A DNA stretch of 62,643 nucleotides, taken from the IMG/VR virus record IMGVR_UViG_3300044691_000243, positions 1 to 62,643 of that record. One strand, 5' to 3'. The translations under genes and the position numbers were made by a program. Positions 1-8,440 of the stretch are shown in pieces. The notes under the pieces are model-generated. The model had not been told where the DNA came from. It saw only the letters and a list, made by a program, of their open reading frames with translations, and did no database searches. The stretch comes from a virus (Duplodnaviria; Caudoviricetes). Numbering within the stretch: the stretch's first letter is position 1; each line of letters starts with the position of its first letter.

Positions 1-425
1 AGCTCCTCGCCCAGCTGGCGCATCTGCTCTTCCATTGAGGCGTTGGTGCGCACCTGGGCCTGGAAGCGACCCTGCATGGAGAGAAACCGGTGTCGCCAAT
101 CCTCAGCACTGACGTTCTGGTCGGCTGGGTCCGGCTGAGGGGCGGGCTGAGGGGCGGGCTGTTGGGCTGCACGCTCGGCGGCCTCGGCTGATTGGACTTC
201 GGCGTTCGGCGGATTGGAAGAATGGAGCGGCTCCGGTGCGGGAGGTTGAGGGAGCGCCTCCTTGTTTGGTGCCGGCGCCTGTTCCAAATCCTTTGGGTAG
301 TGCTGCTGGTGCATCGCCTCCGCCGCAGCAGAGGCACGTTTAACGTGCTCCGGAACGACCACGTTGGGGTCCGCGGATAGTTGCGTCAGGCCATCGCCTG
401 ATTTGACAGCTTCAGAGACAGCCAT
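1..425 (-). CDS. Putative capsid scaffold protein (partial, runs off window start)
   Basis: Manually translated, not in ORF track: ATG at 425 after AGGAG RBS; MAVSEAVKSG..., Pro/Gln/Ala-rich, then EDWRHRFLSMQGRFQ and coiled-coil; lies downstream of portal in the head module. Confidence 0.6.
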   Translation of the reverse strand, partial: MAVSEAVKSGDGLTQLSADPNVVVPEHVKRASAAAEAMHQQHYPKDLEQAPAPNKEALPQPPAPEPLHSSNPPNAEVQSAEAAERAAQQPAPQPAPQPDPADQNVSAEDWRHRFLSMQGRFQAQVRTNASMEEQMRQLGEE

Positions 426-435
426 GATTTAGCTC

Positions 436-687
436 CTAGGGAGTTGGGTTGTTGGGGGGTTTGGGCTGGACGTGGCAGTTCCTGAACAGGGCCAGGAGAT
501 GCAGAAAAGCCTTGGCGCGGCCTTGGGCAACGAGGATTTCGTGCTGCTCGGCGTTTGTTACCGCCACGGTAACATCGGTCGCATAGGCGTCGAAGCACTC
601 GACAAAGGCCTCCCACTCGCGCGGAGCGGCGACCCTGAGTGCCTGGGAATAGACGCGGAGGATGTCAGACGGGGTGGTCGAGCTCAA
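436..687 (-). CDS. Hypothetical protein (head module)
   Basis: 83 aa ORF, 4-nt overlap with upstream gene, operon-like packing. Confidence 0.6.
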   Translation of the reverse strand: MSSTTPSDILRVYSQALRVAAPREWEAFVECFDAYATDVTVAVTNAEQHEILVAQGRAKAFLHLLALFRNCHVQPKPPNNPTP

Positions 688-914
688 GCGATGCCGTTCC
701 CGCTCCAGGAACCAGAACCAAGGCCGTCAGGCGTGGGGGCGGGTCGCTGGGGCTGTGCCATGGGGGTGGCTTTGCCGTAGGACTGAAAGCTCGCCGGGCC
801 GCCGCCAGAGGCTGCGCCGGGGAGGGCACGCTGGGCCGATCCCTTATCGGGAGAGTTGTCCAGGGTACCCTTCTTGGAGTGTGGCTGTAGGGGCGTCATG
901 TGCTTCTTGAACAT
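684..914 (-). CDS. Small Gly/Pro-rich hypothetical protein
   Basis: 76 aa, coupled overlaps on both sides. Confidence 0.55.
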   Translation of the reverse strand: MFKKHMTPLQPHSKKGTLDNSPDKGSAQRALPGAASGGGPASFQSYGKATPMAQPQRPAPTPDGLGSGSWSGNGIA

Positions 915-1132
915 CAGATGCCTCCGATCCGTGACCCACCATCAGTGGGCCCAAAAGGACTTGGCGATGGCGCCGGCGCGGGGAGAGGAGCCGCCGGCTT
1001 GCCGTAGTCGCGGGTGTTCTTGACGCGCGGGGTGGGCGCCTTGCCAGAAGGACCGACAGCCGAAGCTGACCCCGGATTGGGGACAGTCATCGGCGCCGCG
1101 ATCCCGCGTGGCTTGATGGTCTGGCGCTGCAT
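914..1132 (-). CDS. Small Pro-rich hypothetical protein
   Basis: Start reassigned to ATG 1132 (MQRQTIKPRG), just after stop of upstream gene. Confidence 0.5.
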   Translation of the reverse strand: MQRQTIKPRGIAAPMTVPNPGSASAVGPSGKAPTPRVKNTRDYGKPAAPLPAPAPSPSPFGPTDGGSRIGGI

Positions 1133-1133
1133 G

Positions 1134-1448
1134 TTAGCGAGCGCTGGTCTTGCCGGCCTCTGCCGGCTGCGAGCCCGCATACCCGAACATCTTGTTCGTG
1201 CCGCCCTTGGCGAACTTGTCGCCGGTGCCGCCGTCATGCGACCCCTGATCGGTAGTGCCGGCGTCTTTGTGACCCGCTTGTTCCAGCGGCGCGGTAACCG
1301 TACGGTCGCCCTTGCCGAACATCGGGGTGTTGCCGCCCTTGGCAAACGTGGTGTTGTGTTCCGTCTGCTTCATCGTCGAGCCTTCCTTGGGAAGGCCTGC
1401 GGTGCTCTTGCTGACCATGGTCATATGCTCCTGGGGAGAAAAATTCAT
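1134..1448 (-). CDS. Small protein with two FAKGG..MFG repeats (possible internal virion protein)
   Basis: FAKGGNTPMFG and FAKGGTNKMFG; true start may be downstream of 1448. Confidence 0.55.
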   Translation of the reverse strand: MNFSPQEHMTMVSKSTAGLPKEGSTMKQTEHNTTFAKGGNTPMFGKGDRTVTAPLEQAGHKDAGTTDQGSHDGGTGDKFAKGGTNKMFGYAGSQPAEAGKTSAR

Positions 1449-1473
1449 CAGGAGCGAGATAAGGCCGAGGCGC

Positions 1474-1489
1474 TTAAAGACTACTTAAC
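1474..1489. promoter_or_regulatory. CtrA-type box TTAA-N7-TTAAC
   Basis: TTAAAGACTACTTAAC, perfect consensus, just upstream of - strand gene ending at 1448. Confidence 0.6.
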
Positions 1490-2041
1490 GCCGACAACAA
1501 GGACTTCCGGCTTCGGGGTCGAGAGCGCGCAGATAGCCCGGTATCCCTTGATGTGGTCGTATAGATCGCGCTCGATCCCATTTGGCATTTTGTATGGGCA
1601 CGTATCCTCGACGAAATATCGTCCGCCCTCCTTGAGGTAGGGCGCGAGGGTGTTCATGAGCCAAATCTGGGGGGCAGGATCATGCACGGCATCGTCGACG
1701 ATCATGTCAAACTCACCGCCGAACTGCTCCATTGCCTCGTGAAGCTGGGCACCATTGTAGGCATCGCACTGTAGAGTACGAATGCGCTGTTGGTCGTTGA
1801 AGATAAAACGACCGTCGTTGTCGAGGCCATAAATCTCTGCGTGGGGGAAATAGTCACGCCAACAGAAGAGGCTGGCTCCGACGACGTTTCCGGGGATGTC
1901 ACGATAGCCACAAATCCCAATCTCCAGGACCCGTTTTACTTCGAACCGACGCGGACCCATCAGCTTCTCGTAGTATGGGTGATAGCCCCAAATCCCTTTA
2001 TCGGTCCCAAAGCGAGTGAATAGGTTTTCGAGATAGCTCAT
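1481..2041 (-). CDS. Class I SAM-dependent O-methyltransferase (sugar O-methyltransferase-like)
   Basis: GTDK...VLEIGI...GASL..WRDYFP.AEIYGLD...FDMIVDDAVH motifs. Confidence 0.8.
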   Translation of the reverse strand: MSYLENLFTRFGTDKGIWGYHPYYEKLMGPRRFEVKRVLEIGICGYRDIPGNVVGASLFCWRDYFPHAEIYGLDNDGRFIFNDQQRIRTLQCDAYNGAQLHEAMEQFGGEFDMIVDDAVHDPAPQIWLMNTLAPYLKEGGRYFVEDTCPYKMPNGIERDLYDHIKGYRAICALSTPKPEVLVVGVK

Positions 2042-2697
2042 GGTTTCAGCTCCAGATTGTTGAACATGCTGACGTCGTGGTCAGCCTTATACCAGTGGAA
2101 GGGCAGCTTTCCCTTGGCCTCAACTCGGGCCCAGCTATTTACTTCCCACTCTACCGACTTCGTTGCAGAAATGTGCTGGCGTGCAGTAACACGACAAGCA
2201 AAATCAAGCTCATCCACCAGACGACGAGGAACGGCAAGCACAGAGCCGCAAAAACGCCAACAAGGATACGCGCTCTCCACGACTTGCGGCTTGTCCCAGC
2301 ATCCTGGTGCGTAGATCGCCTTGTCATCCACCTTCTCCATGAACTCGTAGATCGCCTGATTGTTGACGCCTTGAAGTCTGAACACGCCGTAGTCGACCCA
2401 CACAAGCACGTCGGCTTCCGGGTCCTCGTCCGCGGCCTGCACGAGCCAAGAGGTTTTCTGGTGATTAACACAATGGTAGGCCAAGCTGTTCTTCATCGGG
2501 TTGTCGTGCTCGGACGACCGCGGCACGAACGGCAGCTTCTGAATGTACTTGTGCATCCAGGTGTCTTGAACCTTCATGTAGAAGGCCTTCTTGCGCACCG
2601 GGACGCCGCTCAGTCTCTCGCCAAGCATGCCGTACTCAGCCGCGGTACGCGGATGGTCGGGGATCGGAACGTACCCGGTGACGAGCTTAGTCCTCAT
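2038..2697 (-). CDS. WlaTC/HtrL-family glycosyltransferase-like protein
   Basis: LVTGY, KTSWL, WVDYG, WRFCGS, WEVNSWA, WYKADHD motifs; start set to MRTKLVTGY. Confidence 0.65.
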   Translation of the reverse strand: MRTKLVTGYVPIPDHPRTAAEYGMLGERLSGVPVRKKAFYMKVQDTWMHKYIQKLPFVPRSSEHDNPMKNSLAYHCVNHQKTSWLVQAADEDPEADVLVWVDYGVFRLQGVNNQAIYEFMEKVDDKAIYAPGCWDKPQVVESAYPCWRFCGSVLAVPRRLVDELDFACRVTARQHISATKSVEWEVNSWARVEAKGKLPFHWYKADHDVSMFNNLELKP

Positions 2698-4702
2698 GGT
2701 GGTGGGCTTTCCAAAGTAGTTGAGCAACATCTTCCATCGACACAGTGGCGATCCACGCTTCAGCATCGCGCACGCCGAACGACAAGATCAGATCGCTCTG
2801 GTTGGGGTGCTGTGCCAGCCCCGCGCAGAACTCGATCTGTCGGTCGAGGAACACGAACGGCATGCTGAGTTTGCGGAACGCGCCGTCGTGATCGAAGTAG
2901 GCGAAGCGGTGCCAATAGGTTCGCTTGCCGTCGGGGCCAGTGAGCGCCTCGTGTACAACGGCGAGCCGACCGCCACGAAACTCAATCAGCTGCGAGCCGC
3001 CGCTGATGTCTCCGACGTGGAGATCGGTCGGTCGGATGGTGTAGTGCCGCGTCACGTCGACGCACGGCGCATCGGCGTGGATGATCGTGTCGAGGCGGTG
3101 TATGAAGTCCCCGCCATCCAGATGCATCCAGTTCTTCTCGTGCTTGCCTTCACCGGAGATGATCTGGAAGTCGGTGACACGACATTCCGTAGGAAGCGGC
3201 CTATAGAGCCTACCTCGCGCCTGTTGGCACGTTCCGTTAGGACTGCACTCGCGCACGCAAGCGCTGAACCAAAGCTCGCCACGCGATCGGTATAACCTGA
3301 CGTCTTCAAGGCCAGTCACTTGCGGGAAGTTGGCTGGCGGCCGATCCCAGACGATCTCTCTAACTCTCTTAACGCTTTCAAGCGTCGGGGAGAGTTCGAC
3401 CAGAAAATTTCTCGTGTCGATCGGCGCATCGTGGCACTCCAGCGGCCCAATCATATAGCGCCCGTGCTCGTCGATCTTGTAGTTCACACAGCGGATGTTG
3501 CACTTGATCTTGTCGTGGCACACCTCGACCGACGGGTTCATCGCAGTGTACCCGGGGGGAGGAGTAAAGCTGAGGCGCTTAGCCTCGAAAGACGGGCAGT
3601 GCTCTTTCAGCGGCTTCGTGAAGTGGTAGAGGTTGTTGCGGGCGCTCCAGCGGTAGCCTTCCGGGCACGTCTTATCGAGCGCGAGATCATCCGTAACCTC
3701 AAACGCGCGGCCACGCTCTTTCTCGTCGTAGTATCCAGCGATCGAATACTCATACCGAAGACCATGCTCGTAGACAAAGTCATTAACAAAAAGAAGGTCA
3801 TCGGGGCGCGTCTTCGGTAGGCCGGTCTTTGCGAACATCAGGGCTGCGGCGTTGTCTCCCTTCTCGCGGTAGTGCTTTGCGAGATCATAGAGTGGCTCGG
3901 CACGGGTTGGGCGGAAATTGTAGGCAGCAAGCAAGCCAGCAACATAGCCGGCTTCGTCCAGAGTGTCCTTCAGACAACCGGCGAGGTGCATCATCGCGCT
4001 GTGAGTTTCTTCGTCCCATCCGCCTAACGCGATCCTCTTCTGGTACGTCTCGATCGCCAAGTCATAACGGCCCCAATCACGGTATGTGTTGCCCAGATAA
4101 TATAGATAACGACCATTGTTGGGGTCTTCCATCAGGGCCGCCTCAAGGAGCGCGGCATCGCGCGGGTATTTGTCCTTGCGGTTCGATCCGTCGGCGTGAT
4201 CGATGAAGCTGGCACCTTTGATCATCCCGGCAGACGGCACATCGAGGTATTCGTGTGTAACGCCGACATATGGAGGGGTCCCCCAGTCGAGGTTGATGAT
4301 GCGGCGGTTGGCGTAGGACACCGCGCCACCTTTTTGCATCATGTCGTAGGAGGGCGCGTTTGCATCCAGGAGCATCAGCGAGTGGGGATTATCGACGACA
4401 AGCTCCATGTCGGCATCGACAAGCAGGGCGAACTGGCACCACGCATCGCAAACATTGTTCGCTTGGGCAAGAGAGAACGCCTCATTGCGGGCCTGGGAGA
4501 AGTTTTCGAACGTGGTCTCGCCGACCGTGAGCCAAACACCAGCATCGTTGCACAGGCGCTCTATAATCTTGATCGTGTCGTCAGTCGATCCCGTATCGAG
4601 GATCGCGACGGCCTTGACGTATGGGAGGACAGACGCGAGCATACGTTCAATGCGTCCCGCCTCGTTGCGGACAATTGCGTTCAAACACAGTGATGGCTTC
4701 AT
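2687..4702 (-). CDS. GT2 glycosyltransferase + TPR repeats + C-terminal beta-propeller (glycoside hydrolase-like)
   Basis: LCLNAIVRNE, ILDTGSTDDT, NFSQARN, DAD, GVTHEY; TPR YYLGNTYRD; C-term GLEDVRL, EKNWM, IEFCAGL, SFGVRD; start at MKPSLCL. Confidence 0.85.
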   Translation of the reverse strand: MKPSLCLNAIVRNEAGRIERMLASVLPYVKAVAILDTGSTDDTIKIIERLCNDAGVWLTVGETTFENFSQARNEAFSLAQANNVCDAWCQFALLVDADMELVVDNPHSLMLLDANAPSYDMMQKGGAVSYANRRIINLDWGTPPYVGVTHEYLDVPSAGMIKGASFIDHADGSNRKDKYPRDAALLEAALMEDPNNGRYLYYLGNTYRDWGRYDLAIETYQKRIALGGWDEETHSAMMHLAGCLKDTLDEAGYVAGLLAAYNFRPTRAEPLYDLAKHYREKGDNAAALMFAKTGLPKTRPDDLLFVNDFVYEHGLRYEYSIAGYYDEKERGRAFEVTDDLALDKTCPEGYRWSARNNLYHFTKPLKEHCPSFEAKRLSFTPPPGYTAMNPSVEVCHDKIKCNIRCVNYKIDEHGRYMIGPLECHDAPIDTRNFLVELSPTLESVKRVREIVWDRPPANFPQVTGLEDVRLYRSRGELWFSACVRECSPNGTCQQARGRLYRPLPTECRVTDFQIISGEGKHEKNWMHLDGGDFIHRLDTIIHADAPCVDVTRHYTIRPTDLHVGDISGGSQLIEFRGGRLAVVHEALTGPDGKRTYWHRFAYFDHDGAFRKLSMPFVFLDRQIEFCAGLAQHPNQSDLILSFGVRDAEAWIATVSMEDVAQLLWKAHHHED

Positions 4703-4765
4703 TTGCTTTCCTGAGTTGGGGTTCAGGGTTTGCGAACTACCGTGGCGGTAACAATCAAGCAAGCG

Positions 4766-5473
4766 TTACTTGTTGAGGTTGAAGCCACCTGACGAAATTT
4801 TGAAGAACGCGCCGGTCGATCCAATGTACGTCCCAGTCTGGCTCGTTCCGGTCAAGCCCGTCACGCCGACGTAGTTGAACCCCGTCATGCCGACTGGACC
4901 AGTTCCGCCGTTGGCGTTCCAGATCGCACCGGCAATCCCCGGGTCGGTCGTCGGCGGTATCCACACCGTCGTGGTGTTGAGTGGTCCCTTCAGACCTTGC
5001 ATGTCGGCAGCTTTGCCGGTGATGCCGGCCGGGCCGGTAGCGCCGGTCGCCGAAGCCGCACCTGTGTTGCCTGCAGGACCCGTAGAAGCTCCTTGCGGGC
5101 CAGTGCTGCCGGTCGGGCCAGTTGCGTTGCCGTTCTGGGTAGCCGACGCCAGCGGACCAAGCGGTCCTTGCGGACCTTGATAACCCTGATATCCAGTGAG
5201 ACCAGTCGGACCGGTACCGAGGCCACCGGAAATGTGCGGACCCGTGGGAGATGAGCCAGTAGGCCCGGTCGGACCAGTGAACGCCGCAGCGCCGCCGCCG
5301 GTCGGACCGGCAACGCCAGTACTACCGCGCGGCCCGGGGATGTTCTTGTCGTTGATCAGATCGACGACCTGCTTCAATACCGCGGGGATGCGATTGTCGT
5401 CGTAGGTGTCCTTCGCGACCGCGGGGGGATCGGGAATGATGGGGACGCCATATACTGAGTTGCCTACTGCCAT
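4766..5473 (-). CDS. Collagen-like (GPT/GAT repeat) fibre protein
   Basis: Long G-X-T repeats; N-terminal YD.N.I..VLKQVVD motif. Confidence 0.8.
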   Translation of the reverse strand: MAVGNSVYGVPIIPDPPAVAKDTYDDNRIPAVLKQVVDLINDKNIPGPRGSTGVAGPTGGGAAAFTGPTGPTGSSPTGPHISGGLGTGPTGLTGYQGYQGPQGPLGPLASATQNGNATGPTGSTGPQGASTGPAGNTGAASATGATGPAGITGKAADMQGLKGPLNTTTVWIPPTTDPGIAGAIWNANGGTGPVGMTGFNYVGVTGLTGTSQTGTYIGSTGAFFKISSGGFNLNK

Positions 5474-5485
5474 GTCAGCCCCCTA

Positions 5486-6004
5486 TTAACCGGCGGAGAC
5501 GGTAAGCACACCGCTATTGACCCAGACTTGACCCGCAACGTGCGGATCAGAGGTTGGCGGGATGATCACGACGCCGACGATGCCGGACGGGCCAGTCGGG
5601 CCTGTTGCACCGGTTGCGCCGGCAGTTCCCGTCGGACCGGTCACGCCGGTGCCAGTCGGGCCCGTGTTGCCAGTTACGCCGGGAGTGGGGCCAGTAGCTC
5701 CAAGGGGGCCAGCCGGGCCAGTCTGGCCTTGGCCAGTTGCGCCGGTCGCGCCGGTCGCGCCAGCGGGACCTTGCGAGCCCTGCGGGCCCTGTGGGCCAGT
5801 AATACCAAAAATCGGTCCGGTCGGGCCAGTGGCGCCCGCGGTGCCGGTGTTACCCGTTGCGCCAGTGGATGAACCCGTGGGGCCGGCGGGGCCGGTCACG
5901 CCGGTCGGGCCGCCAACGGAGCCGTTGTTGATGACATCAACGACTTGTTTGAGAACCGAGCCAAGGATATTGCGATCGTAATTTCTCGAAGAAAGTATTG
6001 ACAT
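5486..6004 (-). CDS. Collagen-like (GPT/GAT repeat) fibre protein
   Basis: G-X-T repeats; C-terminal [21 protein letters not shown] fibre-tip motif. Confidence 0.8.
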   Translation of the reverse strand: MSILSSRNYDRNILGSVLKQVVDVINNGSVGGPTGVTGPAGPTGSSTGATGNTGTAGATGPTGPIFGITGPQGPQGSQGPAGATGATGATGQGQTGPAGPLGATGPTPGVTGNTGPTGTGVTGPTGTAGATGATGPTGPSGIVGVVIIPPTSDPHVAGQVWVNSGVLTVSAG

Positions 6005-6088
6005 CGTATCGTCCCCTGTCAGGTGTCCCTGGCCTCGGCGAAATGCCGAACATGTCTCACGGGTAAGGACGAACCCTTATCAAATGCT

Positions 6089-6766
6089 TTACGGCGTGCT
6101 TAGGACGTGCATTGCGAGCAAGAAAGCCAGAGACGATCCATGCTGCGTAAACACAGCACCGTGCAGAGACGCCGAGAGTGCCCCGTATGTGGCCGGGGCC
6201 GAAACCGATGCGTTGCCACCGAGGGCAGACGCAATGGCGGCGGTCGCGACACCGATCCGCTTTGCGATTTCAAGATCACTCCCGTTCGTGCCCACCACCG
6301 CGCAAACGCCAGCAGCAGAGGCGTCGGCAATCAAGCCAACCCAATATACCCCAGGGGTGAGTGCAACTGGCGCAGCCAGCGCGCCCGAGACAGTCGTGGC
6401 GACCGCGGTTGACAACGCAGATACGGTACCGAGCAATGCGCCCGGCCGATCGACCTGGAGCGGATCGGTCGCATAGAGGGCAAGCTGAAGATTTCCGCCG
6501 GCGGCGAGAGTAGTGACGGTGGCGGCGAGCTGATCAACCGTGATGTTACCGCCGACGACAAATGGGACCAGGTACAACGTGCCCGCAGCGGGGTTTCCAC
6601 CCGCGGCAGCAATGGCGCCAGCAGAGGCCGGGTACCATTTGCCGGGGACGTAGCCCGCATTGAACAGCTGCTGCGTCGTCAGAAGGGGGTTAACCGCATC
6701 GACAATTTGCTTGAGGATACTGTCGATCGAATTAACATCATAGTTCTTACTGGATTTAAGGGCCAT
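6089..6766 (-). CDS. Putative virion fibre/decoration protein
   Basis: Shares NYD.N.I..ILKQIVD N-terminus with neighbouring fibres; Ala/Gly-rich beta domain. Confidence 0.65.
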   Translation of the reverse strand: MALKSSKNYDVNSIDSILKQIVDAVNPLLTTQQLFNAGYVPGKWYPASAGAIAAAGGNPAAGTLYLVPFVVGGNITVDQLAATVTTLAAGGNLQLALYATDPLQVDRPGALLGTVSALSTAVATTVSGALAAPVALTPGVYWVGLIADASAAGVCAVVGTNGSDLEIAKRIGVATAAIASALGGNASVSAPATYGALSASLHGAVFTQHGSSLAFLLAMHVLSTP

Positions 6767-6778
6767 TTCAAAGTCCTC

Positions 6779-8173
6779 CTAAGCGAAGCTCTCCCTATCG
6801 AGCAGCGTCGCGGTTACCCATGACAAACCTTGGGTCGAGAGATGGTTAGTCCCGTTTCCGCCGAAGTTCGTAACAGAGCCGCCCTGACCGCCCGGCACTA
6901 CCCCAAACATTTCGGTGTCGGACGTGAGCGGCGTATGCGGTGACGGGGTGCTGGTACAGAACGAGTTTATGAAAAATACCTGGCCACCAGAGCCCGCCTG
7001 AGAAAAGAACGGCGTAAACAAGCCACCCGCTCGCTCTGTGTAGCCGGACCAGATCGGTGTGAAGTTGCCGGCAATCTGAGTGGTAGTCGAGAAGCCAAGC
7101 TGCACCCACTGCCCTTTGACAATGAACTCGAAATACATTGTGCCAGACGCGGGACAGGCTACGCCGGTGTTGATCGCGCTATAGGGCAACAGCGTACCAG
7201 TGAGCCTGCTGTTGATGAAGAAATTGCCGGTACCGGCATCCTTCCAAATCTCAAACGTGTTGTCGCTCAGTGATCCGATGCCGATCTTGAACGCACCGGC
7301 GGAGCCAGATCGCAGTTGCGACGCAGGCACACCGGCCAACTGGAAGATGATCGACATATCGTGGGTTGAGTATGGCGTCGTCCAGGGCAGGCCACCGCTA
7401 TTGAAATTGATCTGTGACGTTGGCTGCACGAAGACTGAACGGAGTGGATCGATGCCGTCGCGAATGATAGAGGCCCAGCGGTTCTTATCGATGAACCCGA
7501 AATTGTTGCGGAGGCAGTACCCGCGCAACATCGCCGCCTGCTGGTGGCGGGCCTCGCGCATCGCAACCCCGGTCAGGCCGCCAGTCGTAAAACTCGGCGC
7601 CTCGCTCGTCGAAAAAATCCGATCCGGTACTTTAGCGAACGCAGCGACCTTCCCCATCACGGAATAGAACGCCGCCATCTCGGTTCCGGGCACACCGGTA
7701 TTCGCACCCAACTCAAACACGATCAGGTCCGGTGTCAGCGTGCTCACGAACGAGAGCCAGGAATTGGTGCTTGGCGTTGCCCAGGATGGCAGGGTGAGGC
7801 CGGTCGACGCCAGAGAAGCCGCATCGAGATGTGACCAGCCCGCGCCGACGATCGCGCGTTCGTAGTATGTGAACGTCTTAGTCGGAAATTCCCGTAGCAA
7901 CTTCCGTTTGACCTGCTGCGAAAAATAGTCCGTTGCAACAATCTGGTCAGATAGCGGCGTGGCGCGGCTATCGCCCACAATCACCACCGTGAGCGCAGAG
8001 CCGGCGTTAACGAGCGGCAGGTGCTGCGCAGATCGGATGCCACGCTCGAAGGGGACCGATAGCGGACGGACGGCGGCAAAGTTATTATGCCCGATCGCCA
8101 TTTGGTTTACGATCGTCGGAAGACGGTTCGGGTCATAGTTCGGGCTGGCTGCAACTGGAACGGTATTTGTCAT
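6779..8173 (-). CDS. SGNH/GDSL-hydrolase-domain virion spike protein
   Basis: VVIVGDS, ELGAN, C-terminal NHLSTQG blocks; shared NYDPN N-terminus. Confidence 0.65.
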   Translation of the reverse strand: MTNTVPVAASPNYDPNRLPTIVNQMAIGHNNFAAVRPLSVPFERGIRSAQHLPLVNAGSALTVVIVGDSRATPLSDQIVATDYFSQQVKRKLLREFPTKTFTYYERAIVGAGWSHLDAASLASTGLTLPSWATPSTNSWLSFVSTLTPDLIVFELGANTGVPGTEMAAFYSVMGKVAAFAKVPDRIFSTSEAPSFTTGGLTGVAMREARHQQAAMLRGYCLRNNFGFIDKNRWASIIRDGIDPLRSVFVQPTSQINFNSGGLPWTTPYSTHDMSIIFQLAGVPASQLRSGSAGAFKIGIGSLSDNTFEIWKDAGTGNFFINSRLTGTLLPYSAINTGVACPASGTMYFEFIVKGQWVQLGFSTTTQIAGNFTPIWSGYTERAGGLFTPFFSQAGSGGQVFFINSFCTSTPSPHTPLTSDTEMFGVVPGGQGGSVTNFGGNGTNHLSTQGLSWVTATLLDRESFA

Positions 8174-8185
8174 AACAAAACTCCT

Positions 8186-8440
8186 CTAAGCCGGACCCGT
8201 GTAGCCAGGAATAATCACGGTCTTGATGCGGCCAGCCGGGCCCGTGCCGGCGAGGGGATAGACTTCCTTGAACGTCCCAGTCGGTCCGCCGGCCTGTTGC
8301 GCAGCGTTAACCTGACCCCATACAGCGAACGTACCCGTCGGACCCGTGAACGTGGCTAGGACATGCACGCCTTCAACATTGCCGGTCGGCCCAGTCGGGC
8401 CCGCGAGCACGCGCACCAATTTCTGCGTATTGATCGCCAT
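8186..8440 (-). CDS. Small GPTG-repeat protein
   Basis: 84 aa with several GPTG motifs; coupled to portal stop. Confidence 0.6.
   Translation of the reverse strand: MAINTQKLVRVLAGPTGPTGNVEGVHVLATFTGPTGTFAVWGQVNAAQQAGGPTGTFKEVYPLAGTGPAGRIKTVIIPGYTGPA

Noticed and set aside
4875-5981. + strand Pro/Val-rich ORFs (GPVGPV repeats), also at 58717-59208 and 60521-61133
   Set aside because: Antisense shadows of the collagen-like genes
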